Origin: Trichoplax adhaerens
Taxonomy: Eukaryota; Animalia; Placozoa
DNA: 64,000 nucleotides
Direction of reading: 5' to 3'
NCBI RefSeq assembly: GCF_000150275.1
Contig: NW_002060943.1
Coordinates: 9,394,209 to 9,458,208 of the forward strand
Shown: piece after piece, positions 1 through 11,604 of the stretch
How the letters are laid out: each line of letters starts with the position of its first letter
How positions within the stretch are numbered: position 1 is the stretch's first letter
The notes under the pieces: generated by a model
Told to the model about the DNA's origin: nothing
Seen by the model: only the letters and a program-made list of their open reading frames with translations
The model's database searches: none
Program-made: the position numbers and the translations under genes

Positions 1-3000
1 GTAACTTTAGTATAGGTATTACCTTTAAACAAATCACACAAAATCAACTGTCCGAAATTTGTAGTAATCCAAATACAACGTCACTTACCAGAGAATCTAT
101 ATCAACGCGTGAAAGCACATACGAAGCAAAACTGGGATTTCGATGTAATAATAAATACAACAAAAGGGTCGTTTCATCGGCATGTAATTCTCTAAAAAGT
201 CATTCACATAAATTTAGTAGAAGATAATATCTTAAAAACACCGGCTTCAAGGTTTAGATTTAAAATTACTTGCATATAGTATTGTACAGTTGACTCATAT
301 TGAATGATGAATCGTGCGGAGAGCTGGAAGGAGTGTCATCAGAATGTGCAGATTCGATCTCAACATTAACTGAAATATATATATATAAGCAAAGTTACTT
401 TAAATTTTATGCATTCCTAAATAAAAGAGATAATACAGAGGAATGAAATGTAACTACTGTACCATCAGATTCCTTAGCTCCAAGCCGAAATAATGAATGC
501 CTGAAAGGATTAAATTTTCCTTCATCTTGTATATGATGGCTAGATAAAGCTAATAATAGTAGCAAAGACTGTACTCCCAAAGGTGATTTGCGATTATCTT
601 CAGGAATTGCATTTGTCTTAGATACCATCGACCAAAGACCAGCTAAGAACATAAAATATTCACCATATTACAATTTACTAAAAGTACCGGGTTAGCACCG
701 CTTTACCACATACGTACAGGCTACAGCTGATCCAATGTTGTAAAATAATCCTGTATTAAGATACAAGGATATCTTCTTTGGCGGAGGTACTTGCTGAGTA
801 AAGTTATCAAGTAAAGACCGTACAACATTTTGAGCGACGCTAAAAAGTAGAAATGCAAGCAGATTTTAAGCACACTACAATAATAAAAACAGGCAATAGA
901 GAGTTTATCAGTTTATAGCTTCTTATACCCACGAATTTTCGTAAAAGTTTACCTCTTTTGAGCCATGATTACTTTATGAAACGGGCTATTGCACGATGTT
1001 TTTGGATTATAGATTTCGGCCGAAAGTAAACTTAATATAATATTGATGGCTTCGTAATGGATGTAGTAGGTATTTTTTCTATGTGTTATATTAGAATCAA
1101 ATGTGAGGATACGACATACCCATACGTTAAAAGCAAAGAATTAATGTTTTATTCAGTGTTTTCTTACATGATCGGAAAAGTTATAATTATATTCATTAAT
1201 TCCCTAATAAAGACCCTCAGTAACTCTAAAAAATTTATGATAACTAGTATCAATCTTCCTTATCATATAATTTACGATATGTCAAGGTAATAAAACCTAA
1301 TGCTGCATGGCATTAAATCCAAACCTTATCGTTATACTTACTTTCTTCTGGTATCAGTCTAATATCATTATTTGATTGCAAGTCTTTCTCATCGTCATTT
1401 AAATTTTGGTCTCTGATCTCGCTATTTACAGATATTATTGTATCTGTCAATTTGGCTACGTTAGTTTCTTTCTTTCTTTCGTCATCACATTCAGATACTT
1501 TCTTTTTATTAACGGAATCTTCCTTAGTCTAATTAAGTTAAAGGAAATTAAATTTTGATAATCATAATAAATCTGTCATTTCAGTAGATGTAAAACTAAA
1601 AGTTAAAGCAATCATCTAAAAGCATTTAAAAAGTTTAATTACATCATTAATGATAAATATCTATTTTAGCTATCCACAAATATTACAGTATAGAAGTCAT
1701 GAAGTTCCAATTGTAACGAAACCATCATTCATAAATTTACCTCATGAATGAATCTAATTTGAGGATTACGCGGACTGGATAAGAATTGCCTGACAATTGT
1801 TTCTTCCCGTAATACTTCAAACTGATACTTGCAGACGAACCGAATTATCAACAAGCAGTTGTACGTAATTAAAGCGCTATGGTTACTGTAATAGAGAAAA
1901 TGATTTCATTATGGTTGCATCCTGTTATGGAACACATAGTGATATCATTTAAATGGTTTTATATGAAGACAATCAGTATATCTTATGCAGTAAACTTTTG
2001 CGTACTTTTATAAAAGTTAAAAGGTACTGTATAGAAAATGATTAAAAACACACCATACACTGTTTAGTAACTATTCTTTTAGTATTGTTAATTGGATATG
2101 ATGACAGATAGCACAGTAAAATAATAATTATATTCATTACATTACAATACCCGCGTGATACTTTTAATCAAGAATAAAAAAATAGGTCAATGATATAACT
2201 TGTGATATTTTAAAATGCATGGTACTGTAATGGAAATGTCTAACTTGTCCACAATTATTGTAAACTACGAAAGTAGAAACTACCCAATAATGAAGTATTC
2301 ATGCGTATACAGTACTACAGTACTTTGCAGTACGAAATAACAACGCTATCAACTACCATAAAGTATATATTTTAAGCTAATAAACTAACTCGACGTATCT
2401 ATCGACTTTTATCCATTCCTGGATGTGGTTCAGTAAGAAACGAATCATCGTACCAAAGTTGCCAGTCGACAGATTATTCCTTGCTATAAAGTGCAATATG
2501 CAATATTAGCAAATGTAGCGCTGAGTTGAATGAATTTATTATAGTCAATTCTATTACGTAGTCGGTGCGAGTCCTCTAAGTATAATTAATAAGGTGAAGG
2601 TAGCGTAGCTTACCAAAAACAATGTTGATCGATCGAATTGACTCCTCCACGTTCTTTTCTGCACAGCTATTTAAACAAAAAGTCAGTAATGTAGCTTAAT
2701 CGCTGTGCTTGCAATTGTGTTTTTGATTCTAATATAGCTATGAGATTGTGATTGGCTATTGTATTAAATAAAGGTCTTACCAGTCATATTGGCATGCAAA
2801 GCTACAAAACCGTATTTAATTTAAGTCAGTGGTACTGCATGCAAAATTTGTGAAATGGCGAACATACGTTTAGGTTCGACCATTAATTAAGCCCACATTA
2901 GTAACATTACTATATTGCATCGATAAGACCTTAACCATGGATCACTGGAAGGAATCACTGTAGTCTACGCTATATCGCAGGTTCGAAATGTACTCGTATA

Positions 3001-3676
3001 TTTGTTTGAAGCTCGTATTTTGCGGTATGCACTAACTTACAGTATGCAATATGTGTAGAGTGCAGTAGCATATAGTATAATTGTTTACTAGTAGAATATT
3101 GTAATACTGCCGTGTACAATGTACATTGTACAGCTCACTATCATACAGTAGCTCTACTTATCCACTAACTATTCGTGCAGAAGAAGAAGAGATATAAAAA
3201 CGTTTGTAATTAATAATACTAAGGAATTGAAGACCAATACTTGGGAATAATGATATGATACGAAGGTGTCATTCGAGCAAAAATGGATGAGGACGTGTCA
3301 TAACGTATTCATGATTATGATAGCACCAGGTGCAGATGATTCGGCTACTTTCAGATGCTGACCATTTTCTGTAATATTTTTTAAGGGTAAAATGTAGCAT
3401 ATTTCTGGTAAGAAAGCTACGAGGTGCAACCGAAGGCTCAGTTTTCAATTTACTTTTATAGTTAACAAATAACATTGGTAGATTGTCATCATTCAGCATT
3501 TAAGTGAAAACCTGTGCACTCGCAATGTGTTACCTTGAGCTTGGTGATATCCAATGAAACGTTAGGAATTCCAACCAAAAGCCATCATGAAGGTCAATCG
3601 AAACTTGGCCTATTAATCTTTGAATACAGGGATTACTATCCAAATCGTTAAGACTACCTGACCAACTGGCTCCCAT
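1..3676 (-). CDS. DYM: Dymeclin, multi-exon; 3' part continues beyond the left window edge
   Basis: ATG at 3676. Exon 1 (3534-3676) reads MGASWSGSLNDLDSNPCIQRLIGQVSIDLHDGFWLEFLTFHW, with an N-myristoylation-type MGxxxS start. Later exons give RNNLSTGNFGTMIRF (~2390-2483), NHSALITYNCLLIIRFVCKY (~1741-1886), KNTYYIHYEAINIILSLLSAEI (~953-1078) and ADETTLLLYLLLHRNPSFASYVLSRVDIDSL (~89-191). These match recalled human DYM segments (DPFWNQLLSF, NNPRTGNLGAL, ATLLLYTLLHQN). Introns are GT-AG. Confidence 0.93.
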
Positions 3677-3894
3677 TTTTTAAACTTTTACGTTTTTAAC
3701 AGTAAACATCGACACCAAAATTCCAAATACTCTTTCGTAAACTATAGTACGAATAAACTAACTATACCTGTGGTACATGTAAAACAACTTTCTATCGTAT
3801 CAAGTTGCTGTCTGCTCTCGACACTCAACTAGTAAGCCTTCGTTACTCTGCGCTGACATGCGTATTAGCTATTTACAGTTTGAGAAGTTCTCCG

Positions 3895-4490
3895 TTACAG
3901 TACTGTACAGTACTGTACAGTACTATAATGTACTGTACAATGTACTGTACACCGTACTGTACATCTAGGGTCTTGGCTCACTTCGCTGGCAGTGGCAGAG
4001 GTACGTACAGTATACAGTACGCTGGTATTAAGACTAGTTCATGTATGTTCTGTAATAATAACAGGTAATCGGTCGAATAATAGGTGTGTATTAGCGTGTT
4101 GATAAATTTCTACTGAATGTGGTGAGATAGCTGAGAGGCAATATTATATTCATTTGCACGACATCGTGTGGCCGGTTAACTTTAAGCTAGTTATTGATAA
4201 ATTTATGCATAGTACAGTATATTGTGCACAACGCTAACTGTTATAGGAATTACAGTATTAAAAAGATAGAGGTGGCCGGAAATAATCATTTAATACTGTG
4301 CGTATACTGTACTACGGTAATACCGTACTGTACTGTACTGTATGTGGAGATCGACTGGTCGACCATTTGAATGATCACTTCAAGAGACCTGTGTACAGTA
4401 CAGTCGTTTCCAGCCTGTACTGTACACTGTAGACCATACGAGAATACTGTACGCTTTCAGTGGTACAGTACAGTACAGTACTGTAGAATG
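3895..4490. repeat. Palindromic TACAGTACTGTA/TGTACA-rich low-complexity tracts upstream of DYM
   Basis: Dense tiling of TACAG/CTGTA pentamers at 3895-3962, 4305-4345 and 4390-4485, visible directly. Confidence 0.8.
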
Positions 4491-6084
4491 AGCAGAAAAA
4501 TGATAGGCCTCCGCGCTTCTTTGCACAGCGTACTTTTTTACTCGTGGTCTTATGTCATATGTACTTTAGTATACTGTACTTCTCTTTTTCATTTTTTTAT
4601 TTGTTTAATGTTCACAGAGTAAGTAAGTACACAGTGCTCATCTGTGCTCTATCATAAACTATTAAAAAGAAAGAGGCGGACAGAAAACGGTCGTTCACTA
4701 TCCTAATAATGTGAAGGCTGATTATTTTACTGGTCATTTCAACTGTATTGCATGTCTTCAATTGACATCCAAATTAGCTGCAAACATGCTCCTGAGTTGG
4801 TTTTGTGCAGTATGGTATACGGTTTCATTGACACAGTATAGTAGAATGATCGCAAAGATGATAAACCTCCACATTATTTTGTAGTGAAAGTAGTTTCTCG
4901 TCCCTTCCTTTCTTTTTGCATAGTGCACTGCCAGGGACTACTAAATAAGAAAGAAACGGGACTGCCACCAGTGCAAAATACTGCGGAGGCTTAGCATTTT
5001 TCCCCTCATTCTACTATACGGTACCAATAAAACTGTATACCATACTGCACAAAACCAACCTAGCAGCTTATTTGGTTATCAATCCCAGACAGCATAGTAT
5101 GTATGCCGTTTACAGATATACGAATTCAATTGAAATGGCTAGTAAAATAATCAGCTTCCACATTATTAGTACTGGTGTAGACAGCAGTCAACAAACGTTG
5201 GCAGTCGCGCTTCTTTCTGCAGTATTGTATTGTCTCGTCTCGGACGGTCGGATATTTGGACCTTATATCGCCTTGTTCAAAGACTTTAACTAGTTATTAT
5301 GAAGAAAATAGACGTCGCACGCAGATTTTAATTGATGAACTATGTTATTTAGCTTTTCTCTACCGATTGATGTATAATTTGTGCAGAATAAAGGGGTTCC
5401 TTGATTTTGCTCGTTAAAATTTATCGGCTAAAATATCTTAGACATACTGTACTGTACAGTACTGTACCTTTATGGTTATACTGTAACATTCATTAAGTCG
5501 AATTCTATCTTAAGTACAGTATATCACTTATTTTTCTAACAAAAGTGAAGTAATATTATTCTATTTTACTAAATTGTGCTTGAAAGAAGTTATATAGCGT
5601 TATAAATGCTTTTTGAATTGGTAGAAGCAATTAAAGAAAAGTAGACACAGAAGATCCATACCAATTACCCGTTGTCGTTACTCAATAAAGTAGTTGTTGG
5701 CGTTATTTACTGTATGTACTGTACAGTAGAGTACAGTGTACGGTACAGTTGTTCAGAAAAGTCTGTCCATCCGAAGAGTATTCTGTCCAGGTGCAAGGTA
5801 GATCTTTGTCTTCCATAACTGTGAACTTTATTTTAGGAGTCTCCGCTGTACTTGACGTAGGGCTAAGGAGTCACAGACTAATTGACACAGTTACAGATGT
5901 CATATTCTGCTATAATGTAACGTATAGATCCAATTTTACACTGTGTACAGTATTGTACTTTATTTACTGTTTTTATCAGACTGTACTACTCATCAGCAGA
6001 AGTAGGCTATATTACTATGCGCTACAGCATGCAGTACAGTACTACAATGACAACGATGTGCTATTTCTGTTGAATGGCTAGAGC

Positions 6085-6235
6085 TAGCCAATCATCATCT
6101 TTAAGTGCCAATCATTGTCTACAAACCACTTTGAAGACTGCGTCTTAGCGTCTAGACACCCCACGTGATTCAATTAACCAATAAATTTAACGAGTAACCT
6201 TCATCAAAGCTGTGCCTGTCAGGAGACTGTCTGAC
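6085..6235 (+). promoter_or_regulatory. Putative I-Smad proximal promoter: CCAAT boxes, palindromic Smad-binding element, E-box, AP-1-like site
   Basis: CCAAT at ~6088, ~6108 and ~6178; GTCTAGAC 6150-6157; CACGTG 6162-6167; TGATTCA 6166-6172; extra AGAC/GTCT pairs at ~6135-6145 and ~6224-6232. About 330 bp upstream of the ATG. Confidence 0.65.
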
Positions 6236-6483
6236 CGAAGTGACTGCTGGCTTTTTTATTCAAGGTTACCAGTAGGGTAGCGAGAAACAAATCGACGGTT
6301 TAGATTCTAAGTGTATTGCCATTTTTTTTTACGTCTATCGGAAAAAGTGTGCATTATTGTTTGGGAATATAGACGTGTTAAGAAGGCACGCTGTACATTT
6401 GGTCTCCAACTCTGTAGCGGATGAAACGCGCTTAAAGCTACCGTCAAGTCTTCATGACGATTTTTCTGGATATTAATAAATGA

Positions 6484-9400
6484 ATGTTTAGGAGAAAGCG
6501 GAACAACTTGTTCAGGCGATTGTGGCGGTGTCGGGCAAGCAAAATTGTGAATGACCCGACGAATAGTGATCATGACACCGCCCGTTCGCCATCATCACAA
6601 CTTCAATCACCTTCGGCATCGATTAATTCGGAATCTATCAATAATTTCTTATTAAAAAATTTCAATGATGAACAACTGAAACGCACTGTCTATGGCTTAT
6701 TGAAAAGTATTTCCATCAAGCAGTTCGAGAATTTAGTAAAATGTATCGAATCCCGCGGTGGTATCAAGTCGAACTGTATAGTAACGACAAGCAAGGTCCA
6801 AATTAGACACAGCGATGGTACAACTATGGACGTAAAGTTTCATGTATTACTGTCTTGTCTTTTTCGTTGGCCCGATATGATAGGAGAGGATTATGAACTA
6901 AAGAGATTGGCAACATGTACCACCTGCATTGAAAACGATTTAGATGAAATAACTGGTATTACTCCAGCACCTTCAGATCTTCACTTAGTTTGTATAAACC
7001 CACACCATTATGGCCGTATAAATCTACAAGGTATGATGGAAGGCTCTCGTAAGCGTCAACTTTGGTTGATTTGTAAATTTAATTTACAATATCTTCGTCT
7101 CTTATCCTTACTGTGCTATTTTCTGTTTCATACAGTAATTGCAACAGTTTTAAAAAATGTAAGATGGTACAAGAATGCAACCTCTTACGTTACTTATCTT
7201 TTCTAATTTCTTAGAATCTGTGCCATCACCTTACGTTATCTACCAATTAAATGATTTACCCTGTGATTCTACTGAAGCAGGTAAGCGTTCATTGAGATAA
7301 TTAAGCGTCCGGTATATTCTCTCTAAGTAGCGACACCTTCTGTTCTGTTTGTCTAGCAGTTAGCTAGGTACCGTTTATTCAATTTTAAGAATGAAAGTTT
7401 CACCGTTAGTTAATTTCAGCATAACATGATGAATAATGGCTGTGATTTACCTTGTTGCCGACACATTGTCTTAATATGAACAGTCGGTGTAGAATGCGCT
7501 TAAGCGTTTATTAATGTTACGAATGAATTATAGCCATGTTACACAAGTTATGGTACCGTAGTACTCGACAGACCTCATTGATACTGTGGTTAGTGAACTA
7601 CAGTACTGCTGCAGACAGTAAACATTAAATTAATTTACTGTTAGACTTGATAAAAAATTCAAAGAGCGTAAATATAATAATGAACGTAGCAATGATTGAA
7701 AAGAAGTGGCTAAGTGTAGTAATGTCTTGTCTAGTATAAGGGAAAATTTTAAGAATTGCGCTATAATTAAAATTTGCTTTTAAATTTTAATCTTCCAGTG
7801 CTTGATAATACTTCTCCGTTTATCGCGTCGGCTTTAAAAACAAAATTTTGTGTTACAGAATTTAATTTTAGATAATTTTCTTATTTTAGATTCGAGCAAT
7901 CCGTCAATATCATTTGATTCTGCTGGTAAAAGTTTCGGTACGTAGAGTAAATAAGACGTGAACATATTCCTAATTCTAATTATATAATTCTTCTACAGTT
8001 TATGAAATAAACGTTTAAGTAGACTACGTTTGATGATATTGTGTCGTGGAACTACAAAACGCCTTCAATTTTCTTGTAAATACCGTCTGAGAACATCGCA
8101 ATTTTTTCTATATTTGATTTCATTTTATATTATATTTTTTTTATACGGACTTTACGCTGATAAAACTCTTTCCAGTTAATAAATAACACCATACGAAATA
8201 CTGTACTGGACAGTTCTGAAAGCGTACCAAAATAACACAGTGATATGTACCGTACAGTACCATACTATACGGTAGAGTACTGAGTACTGTATTATGTGAT
8301 CTTCTACTCTAGAAATTCTTTTTTGATAACATCGAGATTGAAAGTTAAGTGCGCGGTACAGTACACCACTGTACATACTATTTCATAGAATCAAATGCTT
8401 ACTTTATAACGTTCTAATAAATAATTAGAATTAATAATAAAACAATAAATAAATAAAATAAAATCAATCAACTGAACATTTAGATCAGCGTTAGTGCTGC
8501 TAGCCTAAATAAAACCTTACAGGTACTATGAATTATCTTTAATGCAAGCTCACCTACCAACTGTTGGGATAGATCTAAAAACTTTTTCTGATCTCGACGA
8601 TATTTTTATTCCTGACTGTAATGTAGTCAGTTACCTAGTCGTAGAAGAGTCTATGACAAAATTGATGTTTACAGTATTGAGATCGATCTGTCTCCTGTGT
8701 TTAATTGCTATTCATCAAACAATCAATGTAGCGGAAAGAGTATGTCTAGCGGCTGCTAGCTCCATTACTTAGGCACCATACGCTCTACTTTTTAAATCTG
8801 ATGTAGCATTATCAGCGGTTTATTCTTATACTGTAGTAGAGCTAATCTAAGATAACTTCTATTCATCGAATTTGTATGGAACGAAATTTATTAACATATA
8901 ATACATGACATTTTAAGGTCTTTGTGATACAAACTAGTGATAAAATTTGCCTAATTTTTAGTATTTGATTTGGCCGTAAATCCTTGAATTCTTTAATTAA
9001 TGGACTAATAAAGGGTGGTTGTTGCCGACATGATCTGATCAGCACTCGTACTACTTCATGTTTTATAATGTTCGCATTATGATCTTGTTGTAGTAGTATA
9101 TATTTGACGTTTTTGTTTCTATTTCTATATAAAGATGATCATTCATCGTATTCGTCAATATGTAAAGCTTCTTTCGATAGCAGTTGGTGTGCTATCGCGT
9201 ATTGGGAATTTCGTGAACGTGTTGGTAGAATATTTGATGTTAAAAGTTCAACCGTCAATATTTTTCAACAACTGCCTGAAGGAGAAGGATTTTGGTTAGG
9301 TGCCCTAAACCGTGATGGTGTTTCTGGAAATATTTCCAATACTGATTCGAATCAGTGTGATAGCCGAGTATTCCACCGTATCGGCTACGGATTGCAACTA

Positions 9401-9712
9401 TCGCGTGAAGATGATTCTGTATGGATTTATAACCGCAGTGAGCATCCTTTATATGTTAATAGCCCATTGTATAATAAAAATATTCAATCGACTCATAACA
9501 CGGAAGTTAAAAAGGTCCAACCTGGATACTCATTAAAGGTATTTAACTATGCTAGAGTTGATATGCCTCAGCAGATAAGGCCATACGTTGGTCCAAGATA
9601 CCCTTATTCGATACGTATTAGTTTTGTGAAAGGTTGGGGTCGTAATTATACTAGGCAGTTTATTACGTCATGTCCATGTTGGTTAGAAATTTTACTCAAT
9701 GTATCGCACTGA
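6484..9712 (+). CDS. SMAD6/7: Inhibitory Smad (Smad6/7); exons 6484-7030, 7215-7280, 7890-7925 (or -7937), 9135-9712
   Basis: N-terminal MFRRKRNNLFRRLWR is the I-Smad signature. Degenerate MH1 (LFRWPD...ELKRL...VCINPHHY) and MH2 (WCAIAYWEFRERVGR...YNRSEHPLYVNSP...SIRISFVKGWGRNYTRQFITSCPCWLEILL). No C-terminal SSXS. All three introns are phase 1 GT-AG and keep the frame. Confidence 0.96.
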
Positions 9713-11604
9713 CAAATTGACTTACTTGATTGATGAATATATTTTAATTTGAACATATTTTACGAGAATAGCGTCTTGATACTTGTGCTGTCATCTTTGA
9801 ATCGCAATACTATCTTCTTGCCGCTGTCTCTTTAAAGTTAACATATTCTTTGTCGCTAATATCAAAGTTTTAAGGAACGGTAGTATTCTAAGATAATATT
9901 TTATGATCTGTTAGATAACCGAGATCGTTAAGAATTACTCGTTATCGCTAAGGCAAATCGAATCTACTTCTTTGCCAAGCGATTATAACGATATTGCTTT
10001 TTACTGTAGAACGATTTAGAAGACTGTAAAATTTTTAGCTACGTCTGTTGTGAATATAGATTGTTGTATATTGCTTCTCACCATTGGATGGTAAAGATAT
10101 AATTTCCTTCAATCTAAGAAAAGAAATTTGATTTTCTCTTATATCTCTTTATTTTTCCTACCCTTTGCACTGCTCTTGTAATTTATCTCCATTGTATATA
10201 TAATATATACGTAATTATTGGTATCAATATTTATCAGCTGTAATATTTGGTATTTATGTATTATCATGTATACTTTGGTACAGTACTTTTGATCCAGTTA
10301 ACGCTTTAGCACGCTATTGTATTAGTACTATGATGCTATCTAACGTAAAATACCAGATATATTTTACTCTGTACCACTGCTTCAAATATGTCCGGTACAA
10401 CAAACTTTTCAATCAAGTTTAAGCATACGGTTACACCCGTATACAGTACCATAAATATTTCACTGTATATTTAATAAGAAAGTGAAATCGCTGGTCACGG
10501 TTAGCGGTGAACTTCTACTAATTCATGACAACCTTGATTATATATGATAGCAACAATCGTCTATTTGACTACAGGAATCAAATGCCTGTTCTATTAATAT
10601 TTGAAAGAAATGTTCGTTTAATTAATTATTTTCGTGGATAAAATGAAGCCGGAGGTGCTTGCTTTTGTATTATGTTTGACATAAATAATTTCAGAAAGAT
10701 TTCTTCAATTAAAATTATATATTTATTACTTGAAGAGAATGGTTTCATTCGCAAGATGCTGTGACTAATTTCTTGCATGCCCTTAGGCCTTAGCACCTTG
10801 GTTTATTTACAGTAGAGTGTGTGGTAAATTAATGTGCAAGGCCTTTTTCAGTATTTCGATATACTATTGACTGTTGTACAATGTACAGTACTGTACTTGT
10901 CGAGTTCATTTGCACGTAATGGAACGGTATGTACCTTTACCACTTACCGCAAAGGCTTATTTAAGTGATTAGTTATAACTAATTGTGAAGCAGTAGTAGA
11001 ACGCCGTAGAACTCGTTGCCGTAAGTACTCCTTGCAATCAGTCTACAGTAGGCACCCGTTCAGTTTACCGAAGTGATAGCGATGCACAGGAAATGATTTG
11101 GTCAATTTCTGGTAGCCCGGGCGAATTTATTGTTGCTTGCAGACTCTAAAGTACCCAGATTGTCCGAAAATTTACTTGCTGTAAACTTAGGTTGATTGCA
11201 GATCTAGACGTGGACAACACTGCCATCGTAAAGCATAAAATCTGTTTTCCGTCGCTATGTATAATTATAGTACTTCACATAGCGATCTCTAATTATGATT
11301 TTCTGCGTGCAGATTATGCGTTTAGGACTTGAAAGTCTACGCTTCGGTACATAATCGTACTGTACACTGTACAGCACTAAATGAAACTAATTAAGCAATT
11401 GATATATTGATACGAGATTCCACAACTGAGGAAGAAGTTAATTTACAGTTAATTTATTTACTGTAATTAATAACTGTAGTTCTTTTATTTAAAATATATT
11501 TATGATGTGTATCAGGCTTTACGAAATAATGTATGTTAACTGAGTCGCTGAGTTAAGGTTAAGAACCTGGTCAAACTGAACTTCAGCCTAAACTCTGAGG
11601 TAGG

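Noticed and set aside
3269-3499. 76-aa minus-strand ORF
   Set aside because: It lies in DYM intron 1, has no recognisable motif and is not needed for the DYM reading frame.
3805-6081. ORFs rich in YCTV/YSTV (also 8176-8376, 12702-13031, 38650-39012, 45371-45617, 47190-47436)
   Set aside because: They are translation by-products of the TACAGT/CTGTA tracts.
6307-6573. Antisense or alternative-frame ORFs over real genes (also 9312-9536, 37392-37586, 40094-40288, 57078-57269)
   Set aside because: Shadow ORFs of coding exons with no independent support.
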